Source of the DNA: Octopus vulgaris
Taxonomy: Eukaryota
DNA length: 64,000 bases
Reading direction: 5' to 3'
Assembly (NCBI GenBank): GCA_951406725.2
Contig: OX597843.1
Span: 20,894,001 to 20,958,000 of the forward strand
Position 1 is the first letter of the stretch; the number at the start of each line of letters is the position of its first letter. Shown one piece after another: positions 51,830-64,000 of the stretch. Both the position numbers and the translations under genes were made by a program. The notes below the pieces were generated by a model, which was given only the letters and a program-made list of their open reading frames with translations, did no database searches and was not told where the DNA came from.

Positions 51830-52586
51830 GATGATGATGATGATGAATGTGTTTGTGGTGTTAGTGGTGGTGGTGGAGGTTGCGTTGGTGAGTGTGTGTG
51901 AAGAGTGTAATGTTTTAATTGATATATTTTTTAATACCACCTATTACTTGCTCGCTTGAAAAATGTTATTTGTTTATAAACCAAAGATGAGAGACGATGT
52001 AAGCGAACAACAGAAAGAATGAAACCAAATGGGCAATGGCGCCAAGAGAAGCAGAGGGTCTTATCCAGAACGACTGAAGGTGTTTTAAAACGACAATTAT
52101 GTAGAATATACAATTTATAAAGGAGCGCTAATTTTTATGTCTCCACATAAACTTACAACCATCTTAAAACTTTCGCATTTTCCGCGGAATTTCTACGGGT
52201 GCTGCTAATGTATTAAAGAATTACTCTGCTAATGCTGCTCCATCTCTCCAGACGTGAAATCTTTTAAAAACACTTAAAAATTACATAAGTTTTCAGGTGA
52301 ATCGAGACATATTCATCAGCAGAAACTTCACCTGAACTTGCATAATTCTTTAGGACTAATAATTGATACGTGTTTATTGTTTGTGATAACGTAAATTTCT
52401 CTTTTGACATTCTATTACAAATAAAATTTTCTTAAGTTGCTCATACAACACTTTTTCGCATTCTTCATTTACGTATTTTAAGAATTTGACAGTTTGAGCG
52501 CATCTCTTTATTATCTGCACTTTAAACCATCAGTTTAACTTTTAATTGCATAAATAATTATTTCTTCTCTCTCTCTTTGTCTCTCT

Positions 52587-52629
<43 letters not shown>

Positions 52630-52631
<2 letters not shown>

Positions 52632-52960
52632 CGTAGGAGTGGCTGTGTGGTAAGTATCTTGCTTACGAACCACATGGTTCCGGGTTCAGTCCCACTTTGT
52701 GGCACCTTTGGCAAGTGTCTTCTGCTATAACCTCAGGCCGATTTGTGAGTAGATTTCATTGACAGAAACTGAAAGAAGCCTGTCGTATGTAAGTATATAT
52801 ATATGTATGTGTGTATGTATATGTTTGTGTGTCTGTGTTTGTCTTCCCAACATCGCCTGACAACCGATACTGGTGTGTTTACGTCTTAGCGGTTCAGAAA
52901 AAGAAACCGATAGAATAAGTACTAGGCTTACAAAGAATAAGTTCTGAGGTCGATTTGATC
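52630..52960 (+). mobile_element. tRNA-derived SINE (3' tail missing)
   Basis: ggcgtaggagtggctgtgtggtaag...gggttcagtccc; same family as 7394-7802. Confidence 0.9.
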
Positions 52961-52964
52961 GATG

Positions 52965-54140
52965 TTTCTTTATCTCTCTCCCCTTAATACCACTCGCGGT
53001 ACAAAATTGATCAGTGTGTCCAATCTCAGCAAAATCCGAAGAAAAATGGTAAGGTTATATCATAAAACAGATTCCATGTGACCATTTACACGAAAATATC
53101 CCATTGACATTTAAATCTCAGTACATTATATGAATAACGGATGTTTCATACGTCGAAGTGCTTAATTTTGCTCACGGTTTAAATTTTCTTCAAAATCATT
53201 TCATTATTTTATTGTGAATGATTTGAGGATTTTTGCTTCTCGCTTGTTTAATTTTAATTCTTCTACATGTCTCCGACATTAAACTTTCCCTAAAAGTGAA
53301 AGCTCATCAAAATCGGATGAATTCTGTAAAAGTTACTGTATAAAATATTAATCCTATGGATGATTGCATGCAAAAACCCTATTGATTTCTTAAAATCCTC
53401 TGCTCACGCGCAGATATCGATTATTTGTCAACTCTTCATGCTGGCATCAACTAATACACATAAACTATAATCACGTATAAAATTTCTATAAAATCGATAA
53501 GAATGTGTCTAAGAATATGCTTATTTGCATTTATGCCTATTTCAAGCCATTTTGAATTAAATAAATACCTTTTCCGTCTCCCCCACCAATCATTTACCTA
53601 TATCTCAAATTTCATTAAAATCGGATAAAAAACATGAAATTTACGGCCAAAAACAAAGCCCCTACTGGTATTTGCACTCTAAACACCTATTGATTTTAGA
53701 AAACCACTGCCCTGGCGCAATTAGTGATTTTTTTCAACGTCATATACTGAGATCAACTTACTGCCGTCAACCTCGATCACTCATCGATTTTCATCAGAAT
53801 CGGACAAAAAATGCAAAAGCTGCAGGAAAATAACATCGTTATGAGAATATGAAAAGTTACCGAACAAACTATTTAAGATGTCGCCATTGTTCTCAAATTA
53901 CGTTTCACTTTTCGTTTGAAAAGAAAGAAAGTGTGGATTATAATGGTGGTCACTGAATTCCCAAATTTTTCATTCAAAACTTTTTTAAATGCGTCGTTCA
54001 AAAGCATTGGCCAAAATCGGTACCGATTGGGATAGGGGATGTGAATAAAATCAACACACATTAAAACAATTTCTAAAGAGCTTCCTGCCATCATCTGCAA
54101 CGTTGAGGTGAAAAAAATGGAAAATCCTCACCAGAACGCA
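52965..54140. repeat. Third, more diverged copy of the 2570-3950 repeat
   Basis: Colinear with about 2780-3950. Confidence 0.8.
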
Positions 54141-54199
54141 GAAAAGGTATCTTATGTGGGAATGCTGTACCAAAAGTATAACAAAATATTCTGTTGTGG

Positions 54200-55140
54200 G
54201 ATACGCTCGGCAACGAAGGGATATTTATCTAGAGTATATAGATATATGCGTATGTGTGTGTAGGGAATAGCGTAGACACAATACAGGCTACATAATCTTC
54301 ATAGCTAAGAGAACCACGAAAGTAGCATATTATCCTAACATGGGGTATACCACAAGCTACTCTTCAGTCAAAGGATATCTTGATTTTGTGAAGTTTACAT
54401 TCTCGTTAGAATCTCCGTGTAAACTCGTTGGGAATTTGATCAAAATGCAAAGAAAGAATAGTTCGGGAGGAAAACAGTTGAGCAGAAGGAAAATGCAAAT
54501 AAAATACCAGAAATCCTATGTATAAGAATGAGAACGTTTGTTACTGATTAAGGAGTGTACGAAGACAAGGTTTGATATGGAAATTGGCTGGCGAGATGCT
54601 TTATGCACGTATTCCGGGGTCATTCACGGGTCCGTTGTAGGATAGATAAGTAAACATATTGTAGCATTATATATAGCCATTTAAAACAGAATTAAAGGAT
54701 GAAGATATAGGTGTAGTATTTGAAGTGGATAGAGTGGTGTTTGAAGGAGAGGAAGGCGGAAGATAGTGTATTTACGTTGTAAAATAATAGACCACGGTTT
54801 GCTCGTCGAGTTGGTAGAACTAATTATGCTTTAAAATTTAAGGACATCATGTGAAGTGGGAGATAGTAGTAGTAGTAGTAGCTTTCGTCTGAGATTATTA
54901 TGTGTGTGCGTATTAGTTCACACGCGCGTATATGGTGTGCGTCTGTAGAATCTAGTAGCTGTGCACGCGTGCCTGGGTCTTTGTATATTATCATATACTG
55001 AGGAATATGTGTAGAGAGAGAAGAGTTAAGAAAATTTATGACGTATACACGATAAGGAAAACAGGTTGGGAATTAAAAAAGGAAAGAGTAAAATGTTTAG
55101 GAAATGTTTACCAATATGTATGCACAATAATATTGACATG
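54200..55140 (-). mobile_element. Highly decayed Penelope-like remnant
   Basis: Composition and weak endonuclease-like translation similar to the other PLE fragments; no intact motif. Confidence 0.35.
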
Positions 55141-55542
55141 ACTATAATAATTCTATGATATATTGATTGTAAAATTGATATACTTATATCTTTCATAAAC
55201 ATCTTTTATATATTATATTTATATTCTATATTTTAATTTTCATATACTATCTGTTGTGAATAGCAGAATACACCTAATCTAATATTAATAATAATAATAT
55301 TAGTAATAACTGAATATTATATATACTTATGGATGTAGATGTGTATGTATGTTTCAGTATATATTTATATATAGAGTGGATGTATACTCACAACATGAGG
55401 GCTAAACAGCGGTGGTGTAATTCCCTTACGGGACAGTTACGTTATGTTGACAGTATACAACCACTCCTTCGCTCCACCATCGCTCATGACTCTTCGAGAC
55501 ATTTAGAAATTTAATATTTCTGATATATATATGTATATATAT

Positions 55543-55744
55543 ACTCTTTTACTCTTTTACTTGTTTCAGTCATTTGACTGCGGCCATGCTGGTGCACCGA
55601 CTTTAATCGAGCAACTCGACCCCGGGACTTATTCTTTGTAAGCCGAGTACTTATTCGATCGGTCTCTTTTGCCGAACCACTAAGTGAGGGGACATGAACA
55701 AGCGATACAAGCGATACACAGACATACAAACACACGCGCGCACA

Positions 55745-55806
<62 letters not shown>

Positions 55807-55977
55807 CATATATACATATATACGTCGGGCTTCTTTCAGTTTCCATCTACCAAATCCACTCACGAGGCTTTGGTCGGCCCGAGGCTATAGTGGAAGACAC
55901 CCACCCAAGGTGCCACGCAGTGGGACTGAACCCGGAACCATGTGGCTGGTAAACAAGCTACTTACCACACAGCCACT
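55543..55977 (-). mobile_element. Near full-length tRNA-derived SINE
   Basis: Reverse complement of the 52630/7394 family from head (gtggctgtgtggtaag) to (gtaaaaga)n tail. Confidence 0.92.
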
Positions 55978-56001
55978 GTATATATATATTATTATGTATA
56001 A

Positions 56002-56059
<58 letters not shown>

Positions 56060-56644
56060 TTATGTATAACCATATATGTATGTATGTACGTATGTATATA
56101 TATATATATATATACATGTATGTATGTATAACCATATATGTATGTATGTATATACATTTACGTACATGAAACCCAGTTACAACTGCAGCCGTCTATTACC
56201 AGCAAAGGTTTTAGTTGCCAATTTGGTACAAGACATTGTAGATCTTTAGCTGGGCCAAAAAGTCACATTCGATCACAGCACCAGTAACAGTTAAGCTTCG
56301 TGTAATGGCCATATTCGATATCGAGAGGGCAGCCATAATATATATATATGTATTCAAATGTGTGTAGTTTGTTTATTTTATATTCATGTTTATATTTATT
56401 ATTGTACTTTATAATCTCTGAGGAACCCTGGAGATATATACAAGTACCTCATTGTCATCTGCCTATTACCTCAATACACTTGATTAATAAAGGCAGAATG
56501 AGATACTTTTATCTATGGGCTGAAACAGCTGCAAGTTATTTTACTAATTTATATTCATGTTGTTCAATAATTACTTGTATCCTTTTCTTATATGCTATAT
56601 GTATGTATGTTATTATAATTATGTATGTTATTATAATTAGTTTA

Positions 56645-59600
56645 GTGTTCGATTCGACAGTCTTCCGGCAGCTCCTGCAACCAAGCTGGTGCCAAACGTA
56701 ATGCTCTGCACTCCTTTGGACTACATCATCAAGGTCAAGAGAAGAATCCTGACGATTGGGCTACCCGGGATGTTCTTACTTCTAGCCGAGGCCTGCGCAA
56801 AACTGGAGAAGACACTTTAGTGCTGCTGTAAAAAGTGGCAGAAAAATACGGGAGGTAACAGTCACGAGTGATAAGTTCATTCAAATTGGTGTAAGATATA
56901 GGCGCTACGGGTCACCTCTGACGGTTGGAGGGGCCTCCGTGTCCCATTGGTTTGCGACTGCTCACCTCAAGATGGGCAGCCCTCAGTTAATAAGGTGCTG
57001 ACCCGCCACAGGCCGCCTGTTTCATTGGCGCTTGGAGCAAAGAGTTTGACTTGAAAAGCGCCCTGCAGCCTCTGCACCAGGCAAGCAGCTAAAAGACAAG
57101 AAACCACCCGTCCTGCGGTTAGCAAGCTGGAATGTCAGGACTACGTGCCCTGGAATATCTGATGATCTACTCAGGGTTGAAGACACAAGAAAGCCGGCCA
57201 TCATTAACCGTGAACAAAACAGGCTTAACATAGACATTGCTGGGCTGCAGGAGCCAAGAATCCCTTCAAACGGGAAAGTCAAAGAACAGGATTTCACATT
57301 CTACTCAGCATCTATGCTCCCACTCTCTACAGCCCAGAGGAGACCAAGGACCAGTTCTACATAGATCTCAACTGTGTCATTAAAAATATAACAACAAATG
57401 AAAACATCTACCTTCTCGGAGATTCGTGGCCCATTTGTGTTGGACACCTTGATATTGACAGCATGAATGACAATGGTCAGAGGCTACTTGAAATTTGCAC
57501 ATACCATGCGCATCACTAACACATTCTTTGCCAACAAGACATCACACAAGGCATCTTGGAGAAATCCAAGATCTCACCACAGGCATCAGATGGATCTCAT
57601 CATTGCACGAAGATCCTTTCTGAATTCTGTTCACCTGACCCGTAGTTACCACACAGATCACTCACTAATTGGAAGCATGGTGATGATCCTGCCTAAAAAA
57701 GTCCATCACTCCAAGAAAATGGGCTGACCACGCATTAACACTGCTAGAATCTCGGATCCTACACAGCGAAAATGTTTTGCTGTTTCTATCAAGGTTGCCC
57801 TCAGTAGCTGCCCAACCTCCTCTGCTGAAATTAGGTGGAATTATATCAGGGAAGCTTTGTATACCACATCAATAGATACTTTCGGCATGAGAGAAAGACA
57901 AAACCCAGATTGGTTCAGTGCTGGGCTCTCAGAGCTGGAACCAGTTATCGAAGCAAAGCGTGCAGCTCTGATGCAATACAAGAGTGATTCTTCTACAAAA
58001 TCACTCGATGAAATCTGAAAGGCAACAAATATAACCCAACTGACAGCCAGACACTGTGCAAATAGGTATTTGGCAGGAAATCTGTCAGAGTATCCAGTCA
58101 GCTGCTGAGAGTGGCGACACCCGGTGGGTGTATGCCGGTTTGAAGGAGGACCCTCGGCCCATCCGCAACCAAGTCAGCCCCTCTGAAATCAACTACTGGA
58201 TATCTCATCAAGGATCAAAGCAAGAAAATGGATAGATGGGTGGAGTACTACCAGGATCTCTACTCACGGGAGACCACGGTAGCTGAGGCTGCAATCGAGA
58301 GTGTCAAGATCTTGCCAGTCATGTGAGAACTTCACAGTCCACCATTTATAGCAGAGCTCAACAAGGCTATTGACTCCCTACCAAGTAACAAGGCTCCGGG
58401 AAAAGACGGCATCCACTCAGAGATAATCAAAGCCGGCTAAAACACCATCCTGCTTCGGCACCATCATGAGCTTCTGTGTCAGTGCTGGGAAGAGCGTACA
58501 GTTCCTCAAGATATGCGGGATGCTAACATCATTACGCTTTACAAAAACAAAGGTGACTCTGGTGAATGTAACAATTATCGTGGAATATCTCTTCCACGCA
58601 CTGTTGGAAAGACCTTTGCTCACGTTATCCTGCCCAGGGTACAACTGCTTGCTTCTCGAATTCATCCGAAATTGCTGTGTGGCTTTAGAAGGAGCAGATA
58701 AACTATTGACATGATATTCTCCATACGCCAACTTCAGGAGAAGTCCAGAGAGCAGAAATTCCATTACATATGGCCTTCATTGGTAAGTAGAAAAGGCCTC
58801 TTCATCCTGCTCCAAAAAATCGGATGTCCACCAAAGCTGCTGAGGATCATCAAATCTTTCCATGACGATATGCAAGGCACCATACAGCACAATGGTTCAA
58901 CAACAGCCGCCTTCCAAATAAAAAACGGAGTAAAGCAAGGTTGTGTCCTTGTTCCTACATTATTTGGCGTCTTCTTCTCGCTGCTGCTCTCACATGCCTT
59001 TCAGACATCAGATGATGGAGTGTTTCTGCAGAGTAGAAGTGACTGGAGACTGTTCAATCTTCACGCCTGCGTGGCAAGACCAAAATCAGAAGCGTCCTGC
59101 TCAGGGAAATGCTATTTGCTGATGATGCCGCTCTGGTATCACACACAGAAGAAGCCCTACAAAGGCTCATCAGCTGTTGTGAGCAGGCATGTAACGATTT
59201 TGGCTTAGCTATCAGCCTCAAGAAGACCAACATCATGGGTCGGGCTATACCAGACATCCCAAACATACATATTGGAGACCACAGATTACAGGAGGTGGAG
59301 AGTTTTACCTATCTTGGCTCTACCGTCACCTACAACCTACCCCTTGATGTTGAGCTCAATATACGCATTGGCAAGACAGCTGCTGTGATGGCCCAACTCT
59401 CGAAACGAGCATGGGTCAACATTAAGCTGACCAAGAACACAAAAATGAAGATTTACCAGGCATGTGTACTTAGCACTCTACTGTATGGAAGTGAGGCTTG
59501 GACGCCATTCACACGCCAAGAGCGTCGCCTAAATATCTTTCACCTGCGCTGCCTCTGGAAAAGCCTTCGCATCAAATAGCAGAATCATGTCCCCAACAAA

Positions 59601-60122
59601 GATGTCCTCAAGCAAGCTGGAATACTAAGCATGTTTGCACTCCTCACACAAAGACTTATGAGATGGCATGGACATGTTAGCCGTATGGGAGATGGCAGAA
59701 TCCCCAAGGACATATTCTACAGAGAGCTTACTAGGTGCACAAGGTCTGCAGGTAGACCGTTCTTACGATACAAGGATGTTTGCCAAAGGGACATTGAAAC
59801 ATTATTAGCATCTTGGAATCAGTTGCCAGCAACCGTGGAGATTGGTGTCGTACCGTAAAAGAAGGAATACAAAGTAGTAACGGAGAGTGAGAGAGGAGAA
59901 ATGGAAAGACAAGAAAAGATGTCAACAAGAAACTATGACATTACAACCAGCCAGGAAAAGTCTTCGCTACATTTGCAGCACCTGCCAGAGGAAGTGTTTG
60001 TCCAGGATACGACTACGCAGCCACAGCAGGAAATGTATTAGGACATGAAATGTAAAAAGCCGGACTAGATTATTTTATGCGCAACTCCATTGTCTCCCGA
60101 GACAAAAAGATGCCAACAACAA
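56645..60122 (+). mobile_element. Near full-length RTE-clade LINE (dead), duplicate of 13978-16558
   Basis: 5' UTR, APE, RT (GVKQGC, MLFADDAAL, FTYLGS, LLYGSEAW, MRWHGHV) and 3' end atgccaacaacaa. Confidence 0.93.
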
Positions 60123-60213
60123 TTAATTATCAGTTTAATAAATAAATAAGTTAACATTTTTAATGTCCTAAAGTTGATGAACCAACTATTGTTCTCCTCC
60201 ATTTTCTTATTTG

Positions 60214-60283
<70 letters not shown>

Positions 60284-60516
60284 ATATAATATAAAGTTAT
60301 ATCTTGAGTGACAACAACGCTCAAGATATACAACGGACTGGAAATAGAAGAGCTCTAAAGAGCTGTATACACTTTTTCTTATATCCGAGGCGAGGCAATG
60401 CGAGCAACAACTACAGGACCATCACAAAATCCACAGAAACACCAAATACATACAAATCTTCATATACTCATTTATATCTATAATGCCCGACATTTAAAAA
60501 TTAAAAAAAATTAGTA

Positions 60517-60848
60517 AGGGTAAAGACCCCCTTCGGTCATGAGTGACCATGGGATTGCACCTAGAAAATTACCCTCCTAGACACAAGTCCGGGCAAGATT
60601 GTTTATGGAAGACCAGCAGTCGCCCATTCATACCAGCCTCCCCTCTCCACGCCACCAGTGTTATCCAAGGGAAAGACAAAGGTCGATACAGCTTGGCACC
60701 AGTGACGTCGCAACTCATTTCTACAGCTGAGTGAACTGGAGCAACGTGAAGTAAAGTGCCTTGCTCAAGAACACAACACGCAGCCCGATCCGGGATTCAA
60801 GCTCACAACCTCAGGATCGTAAGCTCGACGCTCTAACCACTGAGCCAT
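60517..60848 (-). mobile_element. tRNA-derived SINE inserted after the duplication
   Basis: Same family as 23394-23708; empty site in the paralog at about 16757. Confidence 0.9.
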
Positions 60849-60879
60849 AATATATAAATATATCATATAAAAATATAAA

Positions 60880-63120
60880 TTTTGCATATAACACCTTGAA
60901 TATATGGAGTGGCAGCGGCTTGAAATAGGTATTGCAGCCGGATGCACGATATCAGTCATCTTATTCGTGCTAGTCATGGAAATGCTACTCAGATCTACAA
61001 ACTGCGAGAAAGCTGTTACTAAGACACCATTAAGGGCTTTTATGGACGGCATAACTATATAATCGGAGAGTAGAGAAGAAGCAGAGGAAATGCTTGAGCG
61101 ATTGGACGAACTGATAGGATGGGCAAGGATGAAATTCAAAGCCAAAAACTCTCGAAGCGTGGCTTTCGTGAAAGGAAGACAAGAAGTGAAATTCAGGATA
61201 GGAAGTGAAGACATACCAACGGTGAAAGAACAACCAGTAAAGTGTCTCGGCAGATGGTATAGAGATTTATTAAATGATAAGAAGCAAGGGAAATAAACAC
61301 ACGAGTTAGAAGAACAAGGATTAAAGGCAATTGACAGAACAACGCTGCTGGGAAAATTCAAATGTTGGATACTGCAATTTGGGCTGTACCCAAGAATAAT
61401 GTGGCCATTGCAAATGTACGAAATAGCCTCGAGTAGAATAGAAAGGATGGAACAAAGATGCAGTGTGTTTATCAGAAAATGGCTTGGTCTGCCGAAACCA
61501 CTGAATACAACTGCACTATATGGAAATGCCGTGCTGCAACTACCAATAACCTCAATCGCCGAAGAATATAAGGCAGGAAAGGCAAGGGCAGTAATGATGC
61601 TAAGGTATTCAAAAGATCAGAGTATCCGGGAAAACCCTCCAAAGGTACGAAAAGGGAGGAAATAGAAGGCGGAAGAGGCAGTAAACAGGGCGATAGGAAA
61701 ACTAAAGCACGCAGATATAGTCGGAGTGACGCAAAAGCTACAACCGGCCTAGGGTCGCAAAATTTCAGGCCATTTTGCAAGAGCAGTGTAAAAGAGATGA
61801 AAGAGGCATTGGTATACGAAGTGAGAAAGGAGGAAGAAGAAAGGCGAAATGTACATTTTGGTGATGCAGTTAAAGGACAATGCCTGAATGGGAGGAATAT
61901 GTGATCAACCGCAGAATATCATGGAAGGAACTTTGGGCTTGGGAACAAGCAAGAACATCCTTCCTGATCAAGTCTACCTTCCGACGTTCTACCTTCACCG
62001 GCGAACTTAGTCCGGTGGAACATAAACAAAATTGATGACTGTAGATGCGGAGAGAAAGCGACGGTTAGACATGTTCTGTCAAGTTGCAGACTAGCACTTG
62101 AAAGATATACTTGGCAACATAATCAAGTCCTCAGCGTCATAAGCGCAGCACTCAAGGAGAAGATCGAGAGGTACAATAGGGGAGAGTACCCAAAAGTAGA
62201 AAAGCGCAGGAAAGTATACTTCCACAGGGAGGGAAAAGACCTACAAGTAAAGTATACAAGATAGATGAAAGATGGAAGGGATACTGGGAGGTGGCCACGG
62301 ACTTGGAAAGACAAGTAGTATTTCCACTAATAAAAGCAACAAAAAGACCGGACTTAGTTCTATGGAACAGAGACCGGGGAATGGGAATTTTACTAGAACT
62401 GACAGTACCTTGGGAAGAGAACATCGGCAATGAAACTAAAGGAGAAGAGATACGAAAAGCTAATCGAAGAATGCAGAGAACAGGGATGGAATGTCGAATA
62501 TTATCACCTGGCAATGGGGGGTAGAGGCTTCTGTGAAAAGAAAATGACAACGCTTTTCAAAAGAAGATTTGTTTTTTCTAGCCCCGAGCTGCGTAAACTA
62601 ATAAGGAGAGTACAGGAGGCGGTCGAAAAAGCCAGCTTCTATATATGGCTGAAGCGGGAAGACCGAAAATGGCTTGAAAATCATAAACACGCCGACGGGA
62701 AATAACATCATTAGGTGAGACTGGCTGACTGAATCAGCTTCGCTGACTGACAGGTGAGGGTCGTTTAGAAAAAGCGCGGGCTAAAACTACGCACCTTCTC
62801 TAGTCAGTTAAGGTGAGACAGTGTCATATGACAAGTGGCTGGGGCCTATGCGGCAGGTACTTAAAGAGAGAAATTTGACAAGACAGTCAGTCACCGGCTG
62901 ACACTCGCTGACGATACGTCGAAGAGGCCAGGGAAAAGAAGAACGAAGACATGACCCAACACCAGAGCTGAAGACACCTCCGAAAGGGGGGTCCCGCCAC
63001 GTCAAAACGGTAGAGGAGTAGGGGCCGAAACCGGACGTGGTTCCTCCTGATGATGTCTTGAGCTTAACTGGATCCTATAAAGGAGCTGTTGGGGTAGCAG
63101 ACCACGAAACACGGTTGTAA
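60880..63120 (+). mobile_element. HERO-type RLE LINE, duplicate of 16790-19055
   Basis: GIAAGCTIS, AFMDG, RPDLVLW..LLELTVPWEE; same junctions as copy 1. Confidence 0.88.
62971..63059 (+). ncRNA. HERO 3' UTR pseudoknotted hammerhead-like RNA, intact core
   Basis: GTA (63010-12), GAAA (63027-30) and CTGATGA (63047-53); stems listed in findings. Confidence 0.7.
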
Positions 63121-64000
63121 TTCCTAAGTATAAATTTGTTACAATAAGAGAAATAAATAGAATAATAATAAATAAAAATAAAGCATACAATGGCAAATTA
63201 AAAGACGAATTAAAATTCTAGCGAAATGTACATAGAAGATAATAATTATACAATTTACAAAAATATAAGTTTACAGAGATACAGAGAAGTCCCTCTACCG
63301 GCCGTTTCGGAGACGCGCCAATTAATATTAGTCAATTCATTTACTTAAAATTGGCACTCCCCTCATCAGGATGTCCTATACATACAACACATAGTAAACG
63401 TGAACAAATACACAATTACATACCGGCCATATTCAGAAACGAGACATTACGTACTCCCAGAAATTTTTCTCCGATCCTGAATGCTATTTTATATGCATAT
63501 AATTCGATCCAGCGGCCATAGTAAATGATATGCACACAGCGCCATCTGGACCATTTCACTTCTGCACTTATTTTATTTTATTTTTCTTCAATCTTATAAG
63601 TTCTCACATACATGCAAAGCCACATATTCGGGTTCAAGTCCTTGACCCTTTTTATACTAATAGCTATTTTTTCTTTTAATAATTACATTACTTTAGTTTT
63701 ATTTCATTCACTACTTACTATACTTTCTAAATTTAATTCAATTGTTATTGCTTAGCTCTAACTTTTATTGCTATTTCTATTTCTAAATTTCTTATAGAAC
63801 GTCGAGTGGATCTTATGCGTACACGCCGGTATTGCATCAGTGAACTTATTTAACACTGCGTTGTTGTAATTTTTCAATATAGTGTATGCTTCCCTTATGC
63901 ATAAACCGCATCTAGTGGGCCCAATTCTATAAGGGGAGGCATGCGCAAGGATAGCCCATGATATTTTAAATTCAACATCCCTTTCCTTAAGGTCATTAAC
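63121..64000 (-). mobile_element. 3' end of Naiad-type PLE (GIY-YIG end plus pLTR), duplicate of 19056-19920; runs off the window
   Basis: Near-identical to 19040-19920. Confidence 0.9.
63290..63380 (-). ncRNA. Minimal hammerhead ribozyme in the PLE pLTR
   Basis: Minus strand: CTGATGA-ggggagtgccaatt..aattggcgcgtctcc-GAAACGGCCGGTA. Confidence 0.7.

Noticed and set aside
54310-54372. Hammerhead on the minus strand (CTGAAGA-gtagc..gctac)
   Set aside because: No GAAA follows stem II on that strand; the core is incomplete.
56645-57050. HDV-like ribozyme in the RTE 5' UTR
   Set aside because: Expected for some RTEs and hairpins are present, but I could not assemble a convincing nested double pseudoknot by eye.
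62961-63046. Reading the HERO 3' UTR motif as an ordinary type I or II hammerhead using the upstream CTGAAGA or GGTT
   Set aside because: Those registers give no proper stem I and are not shared by the second family at 48800-48910, whereas the pseudoknotted register is.

Overview
AT-rich eukaryotic DNA made almost entirely of decayed transposable elements. The SINE types, long (TA)n tracts and LINE/Penelope mix resemble an octopus-like (cephalopod) genome; this taxon call is inference. No intact host gene is evident. The window holds fragments of Tx1/L1-clade, RTE, HERO-type, R4/Dong-type and CR1-like LINEs, ORF1(Gag)-only retroelements, Naiad-type Penelope-like elements (PLEs) with hammerhead ribozymes, a Gypsy LTR element nested in a Helitron, mariner remnants and tRNA-derived SINEs. 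Much of it is segmentally duplicated: about 1.4-5.8 kb matches 35-41.5 kb, 13.9-20 kb matches 55-64 kb, and 7.9-12.3 kb matches 22.5-27.2 kb. The main find is a structured RNA in the 3' UTRs of two very divergent HERO-type families (18892-18981, 48800-48910, 62971-63059). In two of the three copies it keeps all hammerhead core motifs (GUH, GAAA, CUGAUGA), but in a reversed, pseudoknotted order with covarying stems. It is a candidate undescribed ribozyme topology. Element boundaries were read by eye and are approximate unless a motif is quoted.
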